DNA of 63,732 nucleotides, filler included, from Conidiobolus incongruus B7586 (Eukaryota): NCBI GenBank assembly GCA_000697335.1. It is 7 parts of 7 records of this genome, joined end to end, with 100 filler letters (N's around TTAATTAATTAA, not from the genome) between each part and the next. Parts side by side here need not be neighbours in the genome. Positions count along the whole stretch, not along the records: positions 49,683 to 60,830 come from JNEM01006351.1; positions 60,931 to 62,598 come from JNEM01006357.1; positions 62,699 to 63,732 come from JNEM01006458.1; 4 more parts are not named here. One strand, 5' to 3'. Shown piece by piece: positions 52,445 to 63,732 of this stretch (position 1 is its first letter; each line of letters starts with the position of its first letter). The notes under the pieces were generated by a model. It saw only the letters and a program-made list of their open reading frames with translations, ran no database searches and was not told where the DNA came from. The position numbers and the translations under genes were made by a program.

Positions 52445-55400
52445 AAATCATTTTCCAAATTTTTTATATCAAATAGATAATGAATTATTAAATATTTATT
52501 GTAATCATTCAAAATTATTTATTTCAATAAACTTTTTTTATTGATTAAACTCAAAAAACATTGAATGCATATATAAATTTAGTTTCATATTCCATTATTA
52601 ATATTTTTAACTAATAATACTTGGCATTTACTACAATTTCCAACTATTATCAAATTATCCTGGAATATACATTTTTTGATTAATAAAAATTATTATAAGT
52701 TTATTATATTTTTGTCATTGGCTTTCATAAAAATTATTTAGTAACTTCAACTATGGCTTATAATCAAACTAACAATTTAACCTTCATTCATTCAAATTAC
52801 TTAATTCGATTGGACTTGCACTATTGATATTATCAGATCACAAGTATAATGAATATAGTTGAGTGAATTAAATTTTATATTGCATTTACTAGTATCGTCA
52901 AATTTCAAACACTTTAATAATTGAATATTGTATATATAATAACTAAAAATCTATTCATATTTATTCGTATTTAATATAGTGATATCAATTTAGTATTCTT
53001 TTATTTAGCCTGAGTACAAGTGTATATCGTCATTTAGTTTAATAATATATGTGCGATATCATTCAATTAATGATGCTCCTGGTATTTGATAAAAATTATG
53101 AATTATAACCTTATCAAATTATTGAAATTTTTAGATATATCAAATGGTTTGAATAAGGTATTAAATCATTTTTTGTTTAAAAATCTAATTTTTATCTTAA
53201 TAATATTTTTTAAATATAAAAAAGTTTCTTTTAATATTTTAGTTATATTGTAAAATTTTCTCATTAATACTCTCTTCATTTATCTTCTATTGAAATTCGA
53301 TTTTGAATATTAAGATTATTTTGATTCAAAATGGTTTTATTACAATATATTTTAACATATATTGTTGCTTTATTTATATATTAGTTAATGCTCTTATATT
53401 ATTTTTTAATTTTTATAAAAGAAATACTTAATTCAACCTGTTCAAATAATAAGTACGCAATATTTTCATTACTATACTATTTGTATATTATTAAGTTTTA
53501 GTTTGTATGTACTGTATTTTGGTATTATGGAGTCTGGTTTAATATTTTTTAATTTGGATCATTTGGTAAATTTGAGTTAAAGTACACCTTAATCTTATTT
53601 ATTTACCACTTTATTATTATATGATTATATTCCATCAAAAATGAATATAGTTATCAATTTTTATATATCAAATTTATCATTACAGTCCTCATATTTGGTT
53701 TTATAATCTAGTTTTATTAATATTTATCTTCCCTTATAATACCTTTATAAACTTAAGTGAATTTAACAACCAAAATTTTAAAGAATCTAATAATATAGTT
53801 TTGATATTAATATTAGTTATATATACATGTTGTTTCAATAATTAACAATCTAGAAAAAAGTCATATTTATATTAATCATATAAGTGGAGTGATAATATTA
53901 TAATAATTACATCATAGCATTTATCATACCTTTATAAAGAGATTCCCATTAAATATTTCAAATCATTGACAATAAATTCAAATAAAAATATAATTGATAT
54001 ATAATTTTCAAATTGTAAGGATTTTTTTCCTTGTTTTTGATTATAACAGTATATCAAATAACCCAAACACTCTCATGATGAAATAATTTGTCATTATTAT
54101 TTAAATCAAGACTGTGTATTTAGTTGATAATTTGAAATTCAATTCATTGGTTCGGAGATTAACAGATATTTTCAATAAATCCAATGACTTGATATTTTTG
54201 ATTAAAAAGCATATTTTAACATCTGCAATTGAAATCTTAATAATTTGATATATTTAAGCGTATATAGAATTTACTAATATCAATAACATTATTGTTAATG
54301 ATTTATAAAATAATTTTTTCCTCCTTAATTAACATACTCCATTGACAAATGGTTGAGTAAAAACTTTATTTTTCATACAGAGTACTTTGGCAAATAAATA
54401 TCAAATGATAATGTCATTATTTCAATTTCGAAAAAGAAATTATATTGTGAATTAGCTGGTTTTGAAAAGAAATAAATTCTAATTAAAACATTGATGCTTG
54501 ATTGTTATACTTAAATATTAGAACAAATGAAAAATCATTAATAAAAGTATAGTTTTGTCAGTATTTATTGAGCTATAATTATAATATTCATTAAATAAAT
54601 AGATAAATAAAAAATAATTTATTTTTAGTATACTCTAATATCTAATAATTGATGATAAATACTTCCTGATTAATAAAAGTGATAATTTACAATTCATTTA
54701 TTCATTATTTTCAACAATGGTAAGTATTAATTGGATCTATTATTTATCCACAGTAATAATAACCCTGAATTAGTTGATGATGATATTTAGCTGAAATAAT
54801 TTCGTAATTGGATCATATAAGTCATCAAATAATTAACAAATACAACCAATGGCTCCATTTCAGATAATATTAATGGATTAAGTTAAATCAATGTTAGGAG
54901 ATTTAACAAACTGGAGTCACCCAAAAGAGTAAAAAAATATAAATCATAAAAGATATTTGGATCATTTAGGTATGTGTAATTATTGAAATTATCATCCATT
55001 TCCAACACTTTTTTCTTAGATGGATGGTTTACTTTACCAAATTTGGTAAGTGATGCTTGTAATATCCAGGCAATAAACCATAGACTTCAAACAGAGTTTT
55101 TTGTAAACAATTCAATTAGTTTAATAGGAGTCATATATGGCCAAAAATTAGAAATAATTTATTTATTTGGGATTATTATTAAAATCATAAACAGATCTCG
55201 AGATCGGTGTTGCGAATCTTTATCATGATTGGATAGAAGTTGATCTAGATATAAAAGGTAGGAATTAATTTGAACCAAGTCAAGAGAATATTAGTATTAG
55301 AGCTGAATTAGTCAATCCTGAGGATTGAAATCAAGATCCCTATGATCTTCCTTCTTTTTTTAGTAAATGATTGGACAATGATTTTGGTCGTTCATCCATG

Positions 55401-55724
55401 ATTGGTGCAAATCTCAAGATAATATCAGATAACGCCTCTGATTGGTTGGCCGTTATTGGAAGGTCGATCCAAAAATAAATCATCCGAATCTTAAACTCAT
55501 CAAACTGGAGGTTGGGTGGGAACCAAAGAACCAAATTCTTACCTAAATGATCAGCCATCTGCTCTCTATTAACTTGTTTGCCAAATTGAATTTGGTAAAT
55601 TCCGTCAATTCCAATTTTCAACCAACTAACTCAATCGAATCGATTTGAATCGAGGATATCTTATATTTTCGCTCTCTTCTCATTTGCTTCTTTATTTTTT
55701 TTATTTCTTTTGTTTTCTTTTTAA

Positions 55725-56858
55725 ATGGGAGACTTAATTCAAATTAGCAAACTTTCCTTTAACAACCTCACAGCATCTAATACTGATAATCAAAATGACC
55801 CAGATCCTAATCTTAACTTCTTTGTTAATAATGACTACAACTTAATTAAAACCAACAAATCTGCCTTTATCACCAAACTTTATCAGTATGTATTCACTTT
55901 TACTTCCTATTTAGTATTGTATTAAAGTTATTATTTAGAACTGTAGAAGACCCTAGATGCAACACCCTCCAGTGGGACTCTGAAGGAACCAGCTTTTTAA
56001 TAACTGATTATGACCGTTTTGAAAGATTTACTCTTCCAAATTGCTTTAACAATTCTTCTGTTACTTCTTTTATTCGTCAACTAAACGTAAACATTTTACT
56101 TATTTTTTATTTCATCTTAATATTAATATCTTCCTTAGCTCTACGGTTTCAAACGTACTTCTGACGGCAGAAAGTTAAGAGGCGCAACTCCAAATAACTT
56201 TTCTTCATTTGCACATCCCTACTTTATCCAAGGCCAACCTCATTTAATATCCAAAATCAAACGCCAACCAAGAGCTTCTAAACGTGGCGTTTTCTTATTG
56301 TATCCTAATGAACCTTCAAATACAAATCCTTCAAATTCAAAGGCACCACCCACTATGTATCCACAAATAGGGACTGAAACACTTACACTGCCCTCTTCCC
56401 TGCGTTCTACACAAATCCAGTCCTCTTTAGCCATACAACCTAGAAATCCATCGCCCAGACCACAGGCGGAGCCATGGGTTAATAATACTCCGAAAAATTA
56501 CACCTTCCAATCATCTTCATCTTCATCTGAAGGGGACATGGTTTTCAACCAACAGCCTCCCACCAAAATAGATCATTTATTAACCTACAATAATGATCAG
56601 CGTGCCTCTTCAAGTTCGAGGCCTTTTAGTTTTGTTCCTGAAACTGAGATTGAGAAACTTACAATGACTGGAAGATATCAATCTCAACCACCAACGTTTC
56701 CTCTTCCAGAATATTTGAATCCTCCAATCCCCTCCTCCCAAAGCAGGATTACCTCCTCTATCAGTAATCTATTGAATCCAGACACACCATCTACAGTTTC
56801 GGCTCAACATACTCGTCACCATTCTTCTCGATCCAGTTACGATTATTATCATAACTGA
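55725..56858 (+). CDS. HSF-type DNA-binding-domain transcription factor, about 342 aa, 3 exons
   Basis: Exons 55725-55885, 55939-56086 and 56139-56858 splice in frame. AFITKLYQ, LQWDSEGTSFLI, LPNCF..SFIRQLNLYGFK and FAHPYFIQGQPHLISKIKR form an HSF domain, followed by a Ser/Pro-rich tail. Confidence 0.93.
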
Positions 56859-59800
56859 ATTGAGTTAATCAGTTAATTTTCTTACAATATCTTGTTTATA
56901 AATAATTCTTGATTCAACCTTATAATGTATCTTCTAAAAATTCTACATCACTTGCAATGTTTATTTATTCATGTCCTATCACAAAAAATGACATATTTAT
57001 GAAACTACATTTTGTACTTTTGAATTCAATGTTAATCTCACACCATATTATGTTATCCACATTTCTTAGAATTCTTAATTTGTATTAATTCATGTGATAT
57101 GATGCTAATTGAGATTGTATAAATTTCGTAATTCTATCAGTTGATTGAAGTTGAGACCGAGTAAATCATATTACGACACTATTGAAATAAAATTTTAAAA
57201 GCTGAGAATACAATAATATTATTGAAATCGAGTCATGATAGATGCTTAATAATTAAAGAACAGATATGCTGAGAAATAAAGTCACCAAAAGAGGAGATTG
57301 AATTTTAAAACAAATTTCTAACTGGATAAAAATATATGGTTTAATATTAAGATGATATAATATAGCATTTGAATAATTAATATAATACATGCAAAATATA
57401 AATATGATTGCTCAAATTTATTTATAATAATCAAAATACAGTACTTGTTATTATGAGTTTTTGTAAAAATCACATTATTCAAAGATTAATACAAATATCA
57501 TCACCTTTGAAAGTGATTCATTACTGTTAATTAGAATAAATAAGAGAATTATGAAAAAGCAACATATGAGTTCATAATATTGATGATATCTATTTAACCA
57601 ATCAAATGAACATTAAAGATTTGGAAGGTATACAGAGTAGAATTAATCAGCCTTTGAATGATGATTATCACTTCATCGGATGTATCATATGAAATTATAC
57701 ACATTGATTTTAATGCAATGATGCAATAAGAATTTGAGTTAAAATAGTGGTGATAAAATCATTTTATGAAACTAAAAGTGATTTTAATAGTGGTAAATTT
57801 TCAAATTTAATCATGAATTAAATCTTGATAATAATAGTTGATACACACCATTAATTATAATCGGGCATACAATTCATAAAATTATGGATTTGAGCTAGTA
57901 GTCTTTATTTAGAACAAGAAATTTGGAAGTGCTCACTCAAGGGAGTATAATTATCATATTTGAAATTGAAACTGGTATGATTTATCATGTAATAATTAGT
58001 CAACATATTGAATAGTAATTAAGTACTTTGTTGAGATAGCCTTTTAATTATGGATTATATTTAACTTTATAATTTGAAAATAATATTATATAGTTATATA
58101 GACCCAAATGGGTTTAATACGAGTTTTGAGGTTGTTAAGATAATTGGCCAAAGTTTAACAATAGAATGAAGGAATATGGATCAAATTCATACAAAATTAA
58201 TGATATTCAAGTCAAAACGAAAAACCAATTTCCGATAACCTGGATAGTTGGTTATAGTCAAATCGGATAATTAATTAATTATATTTCGATGATGAAAAGC
58301 ATTTCCTTTACAGGCAAATAGATTCCGATTATTTATTAAGACAAAGTTAGAGAGAATTGTATATTAATTAGGAAAATTTTCATGACAAAAATAATGATTT
58401 GTTATTTGATCTATCAAATAGGGAATTTGTGGGTCCAAATATTACTATTTTTGAAAATATAGGCTTATTTGCAAATTCTCCCAAATAAACAAAGTATGGA
58501 TGAAATGTGGATTTATTCTAATAGGATATCAAGCGATCTCAATGGATTTCAACTTTTCTCACTTCACTTTAACTATTCCATATCAGTAAAATATTGGATC
58601 ATGATTAAAATATTTGCTAATACTTTCATAACTTAATCTACTATATTATACCTATTTAATATATTATCTTATAAATAGTGTATTATTATATAACTCTTTT
58701 TTCATTATCTGTCAATCATAAAATAAATGTTTCATTTTAATAATATAAATAATTGTTAAATTTTTTATTTTCGTTATCTCCGCTAATTTATTATAATTAC
58801 AAAAACAAGTGTTGTTTGAAATTTAATTAGTAATTGAAAGATCTATTGGTTGCAATAGTGAGTATTACATATATTAATGCAACGTAAAAATAATAACATC
58901 TTCAGTATTCTTTAAGTTATTATATTTATACTAATGTCTTCAATCTCATTCTATTAATTATAGTTATTCGATATTTTTTTGTTCAGATCGAATTATACAC
59001 TAACTCGTTGATCCAAGTATGTTTCCAAATATGGACATCACTAGAATTCTATTTTAGCCAACTTATCAAATAAAGTTAAATTTCACTTTGAAATAATGTA
59101 TTATTAATTTTTACTCCTTTTATCTATTCAATATAGCACCATTAACTTGAGAAATTTAGTTTGAATATATTTTTTTAGTGTTACTTTGAAAATAATTTTA
59201 ATTATATTAAATCAATATTTTAGAATATTTAATTTTATTATAATAAATAATCTATAATAAAATTATTATTAAATTCAAAGAATTTATTAATTATTCTAAT
59301 TGATATGCACATATCTTGATTAATTAAAGGTGAATTACTAATGATCTTCAAAATATCAACAAATAAAGCCAAATGTTACATTATACTTACTATCAATTGA
59401 ATGTGATACGTTTGTGATAATTATATTTGCACAATATTCATTTAATACAATAGTAACCGTATTTAATATGATTTTATCGGATTAAAGTTAAATTTATATA
59501 ATTATTTTAAGCACAACTTGGGTTTATTTGAATTATTAGCAATTCACAGTTTATGTTATATTGGTTAAATCAATTATAGGTTTTGAGATATTTAAATTAT
59601 AAAGTTAATTATATTGAATAGTATACTTTTATTAATAAAATTTGAATAATATACGCAATTAGATATACAATAATGATTTATGGTTATAAGGTTTTTATAA
59701 TTATCGAATGAAAACCAGCTATTAAAATGATATGGAGTTGACAATCTCCCTTAAAGCTTAGAATACTATTTCATATGATTGATGATATGATTTTGTTTAA

Positions 59801-60618
59801 TGAATATAGTTATTCATTTATCTAATGGCCAAGTGATTATTTCGAAATACCATATATTTGAAATATTTATTAATAATGAATAGTGCAAATTGATAATTTT
59901 AATGATTGAATAATAAATTATCCAAATATTTCCATTTTCATTTATATGCATATCCTCAAAAAAAATTAATATTCAATCACATGATCAATAATTTCGAATA
60001 ATAGATAAATTAATTATTAAATGAATCCCGATATATTATACAATAAACTTAATTAGTACCTTTACCAGATTTGATAGCCATTTATTATGTTAACAGTTTT
60101 TGTAACAATAAAAAAAATAACGTTTATATGGATGCCAAATTAACCAATATGGAAAGCAACCAGGAGTGTTAACCATATCCCATTAACGCTGTTCTTATTA
60201 ATTATTCACAATATCAACAGCGAAAAATATTTCAAACATTTTACCAAATCCATATTGAACTAATTTTTAATAGTAAATATATATTTTATTAATAAAATGT
60301 ATTAAATAATATACCTGTAGAAACAATTATATTATATTTTATCAAATTAATTTAATGAAATTATGAATTATTAAAATATTTCAAGGGTATAATTATTATT
60401 TGAAATTTTATAAAATATAACAGATATGGTTATATAAAACTCCTTTTTATACTAAGCTGATATTCATATAATATAAGTCATACTCATTAGAATCCACTTT
60501 GTTATTCCTACTATATTGTACAAACTTTGTTTTATATATCAATTAATAGAATAATATTTAATATTTATAAAACATTATTTATTATTATATATATTCATAA
60601 AACAATTATTATTTAATA

Positions 60619-60830
60619 TTGCCTCAGAATCAAAAAAATGGAAATTTTTTTAATTTCTGATTTTCTAAATATATTATTGATTTTAAAAATTGTTTGTTTA
60701 ATTTAATTATTAATAAATAATACTTATCAATAGTTTTTTATATTGATATTAATAACTTAATCATAAATTTTTTAAACTATTAAATATTTATTTATAATAT
60801 TTATAGTTAATTATATATTTAAATCAATTT
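60619..60830 (+). mobile_element. Possible mariner 5' end, cut by a gap
   Basis: AAATGGAAATTTTTTTAATTTCTGAT matches 37966-37992 at the end of the young mariner copy. Confidence 0.4.
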
Positions 60831-60930
60831 NNNNNNNNNNNNNNNNNNNNNNNNNNNNNNNNNNNNNNNNNNNNTTAATTAATTAANNNNNNNNNNNNNN
60901 NNNNNNNNNNNNNNNNNNNNNNNNNNNNNN

Positions 60931-61181
60931 ACTATAAAACTTCCAACTTGTCCACCAATCCAACCCCATCCTCGAGCTACGAGAGTACGATTATTCAATA
61001 CTTCATCAACAGCGGTGTTAGGTTTGAATTTGTTGCACATAGTACATTCATTCATCTTGATAGTGTATTCCTTGATATCCAAGCTTCTATTGATATCGTT
61101 GATGCACTTCTTGCACTCTTTAATGTCATAGCTTGAAACACAGGCAGCGAGAAGGAAAGCGTACTTGATTAAATTAGTCAT
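60931..61181 (-). CDS. Secreted pre-pro-peptide, 3' end lost in an assembly gap
   Basis: Signal peptide MTNLIKYAFLLAACVSS, pro-region with CKKC and CTMC, then LVAR followed by GWGWIGGQVGSFI. The frame is open until the N-run. Confidence 0.8.
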
Positions 61182-62546
61182 TTTATAATATCAAATGATA
61201 ATAATATTTTGTATATTACTTCAGATCTTTTATACTTAAGTAAACTTTGTTGTCTTAATCTCTCATCGCTTATACCAATGTTAAAGGATTTCTTATTTAA
61301 TTTCTATTTGTAGTTTATTCCACATACTTTGTAACATTAAAGAATATTGGATATATATCGACCAGTTAGGGATTACTTTGACTCTATTTGGGTAAAATTA
61401 TATTAAAGAATAACTGTTCAGTTAATGAAATCATACTAATAATTCTGAATCAAAATAAAATATAATATTTAATCAAAATTTCTATGATTTCATGTGAACT
61501 TTTAGTGTATTTGAACTCATTTTACTCATAATATGATGTTAATCAATTTTCACTTAAATTTTTCATGAAATTTTCAATTTTGTAATAATATAAAATTTAA
61601 ATTAAATCTTTTAAAATTACGTTAAAATTTGCATAAATGGTAAGTTAGCGAAAATGATATATTAAACAAAAATTCAAATGGATGATTATTAAATTAAATG
61701 GAAAATATTACCATTTATGTACAATAGAAATAAAATTGTTAATATGAACAATATTTATAACTATCTTTATTCAAAAGAATATTTCATTTGGAAAATATTT
61801 TTCATTGATATAAACACTAGCAAGAAACCCCGATTATTTACTATAATTGATCAAATTAGCTTAAAATAATTTTCAAGTCAAACTTAATTTTGTTTTAATT
61901 TCAACATTTATCTCACTCGGATAGTTCTCAAACTCTTTATTTATTAAATTTGTTTTCATCTACAATCTCGATTTATGATGTTAATTTCATGAGTTTAATT
62001 CATTTCATCGAACCAAAATTGATATTTATCGATTGAATAAATCTAAATTGATTTATATATGATGTAATAAAGACTATTCCACTATTGAATATTTTGCAAC
62101 GAATTTTGATCCTAATGTAATATAGGTGAGAATATTCATAATATATAGTTGAGGATTCTTATGACTTGAATATTTCTTTTAAAATATTTTAGTTTATACA
62201 TTTCAAAATAATCTCTATAATATTGCAATACCTAATATTCTTAAAATATATATAGATATACTCTCCTTAAATTTGATGAAAAATAATTAAATTAATTATA
62301 TTTTAAAAATTTATTTCCTTTTTATTTACCAATTAGATAGATCATGAAATATATACTTACTTTAATTATATAACTTATTATATATACAATATTAATATTT
62401 TTAATCTCACACTTAACTTATATCATAGGAAGTTATAATTTTGATATATATTTATATATAATTTTTCCAGTCAAATTATTATAAAATAAAATTTTTATGT
62501 TTTTTAATTTAAAACCTTTTTGTTACTTATTTTTTATATCAGTTTA

Positions 62547-62547
<1 letters not shown>

Positions 62548-62581
<34 letters not shown>
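62548..62581. repeat. (TTA)n microsatellite
   Basis: About 11 tandem TTA units. (TA)n runs also occur near 13917, 22213 and 27599. Confidence 0.9.
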
Positions 62582-62582
<1 letters not shown>

Positions 62583-62698
62583 AAAATTAAATAATGATNN
62601 NNNNNNNNNNNNNNNNNNNNNNNNNNNNNNNNNNNNNNNNNNTTAATTAATTAANNNNNNNNNNNNNNNNNNNNNNNNNNNNNNNNNNNNNNNNNNNN

Positions 62699-63732
62699 TA
62701 ATATAAAATTAAAAGCCTCTTTTATTATTAATTACTTTTTTCTATATTTTTGGTAAGCTTCTAATATCTAAAAGATAGTTTTTTAATAAAGGCTGAAATT
62801 TGATATTCTATAAACCAATTTAATTTATTTATAAGAATTTTTTTTGATATAAGCTGATTTTTTATTTATCTAAAACAATTATAATTATATAAGTTATAAT
62901 CAGGTGAATATAATAATTATAGTAACTCTTTTTATTTTTTTTATATAAAAATATTTTTATAGCTTGGATTTTTAATATTTTGTAATTATTATATAAAATA
63001 ATAAATATCTTTGATTAATATTAATAATAATATTTAGAAATTATTGTATTTAAAAGGATAATATATAATTTACTATTAATTGACTTTTCTTAAGGTATTA
63101 AATAAAAAAACCATATATCATTATAATTTATTACTATAATAAATATTTGTTTATATTTAAAATACTTATTTATTAGAATTTATAAAGTGGATTAATTTAG
63201 CTTAACCTAATATTTTATTTTATTTTTAAATAATGGATTATAAAAAAGAATTTGAAATTTATTAATTATAAGTATCTATTATAAAAACCTTTGTTTTTAG
63301 TTATACCTTAATAAATCTAATTTAATTATATCTATTTTAGTTTTCTTTTAAGCTTTTATTAAATTATAAAGTATCTATTTTATATTATTATTAATTAATC
63401 TAATTTAAACTTAAGTAAATATAATATGCTTATATAATTAATATAAAATTACTTTGATAATTCTTTAACAGAAATAAAAAAGATATTTCTTAATATATTT
63501 TTTTATTTTATTAGTAAATAAAAAAGAATAATAGAAATTAATCTTTTAAATTTAGTTAAATTTTAAATAATTTTCTTTAACTTTAAAATCACAAATCTAG
63601 TGATATATGGTAGTTTTAGATAAAACACTATCTCTATAAGTTATTTATAAGTTTTAGATGATTTTAGAGGGTTTTTGGTTAAGTTTTAAAGATATAAAAA
63701 TAAAAGCCTTTTAATAATCATAATCTAATATA
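62699..63732 (-). mobile_element. Decayed mariner-family copy running off the window end
   Basis: Collinear with about 36700-37740. The minus strand at about 62890-62930 reads ELL*LLYSPDYNLYNY with YSPD intact. The N-terminal relic KGFYFYIFKT*PKTL*NHLK lies near 63710-63650. Confidence 0.8.

Noticed and set aside
53553..53592. Short similarity to 42040-42070 (TTTGGATCA...TACAC), also at about 48575
   Set aside because: Gapped match under 30 nt with no flanking protein similarity; probably chance.
54983..55621. ORFs 54983-55228 and 55340-55621 (likewise 28030-28218 and 32310-32495)
   Set aside because: TTG starts, no motifs and no convincing splice structure; likely non-coding.
57530..58200. 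Coding-like purine-rich stretch, a possible gene relic
   Set aside because: Multiple stops and no recognisable family; cannot be supported without a translated search.

Overview
Very AT-rich eukaryotic DNA with short GT-AG introns (about 45-105 nt) and fungal-type genes. The low GC and gene content suggest an early-diverging fungus such as a Conidiobolus-like entomophthoralean; this is an inference. Six 100-nt scaffold gaps carry an artificial TTAATTAATTAA linker. Recognisable genes are a decayed msrB, a head-to-head ILV6/ILV5 pair sharing a promoter rich in Gcn4/CpcA sites, a DUF6787-like small membrane protein, an HPD-less DnaJ-like protein, two tandem secreted paralogs, a 167-aa unknown protein with an unannotated pseudogene copy, a MARCH5-like RING-CH ligase, HGH1, a possibly broken DEAD-box helicase, an HSF-domain factor and a gap-truncated secreted pre-pro-peptide whose predicted mature part starts GWGWIGG. 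The most striking hidden signal is that much of the apparently featureless AT-rich DNA is transposon sequence: a Tc1 element inside a solo LTR inside a mariner, plus several other mariner copies. These have been almost erased by C>T/G>A transitions, a RIP-like pattern with broad dinucleotide context. All alignments were done by eye.
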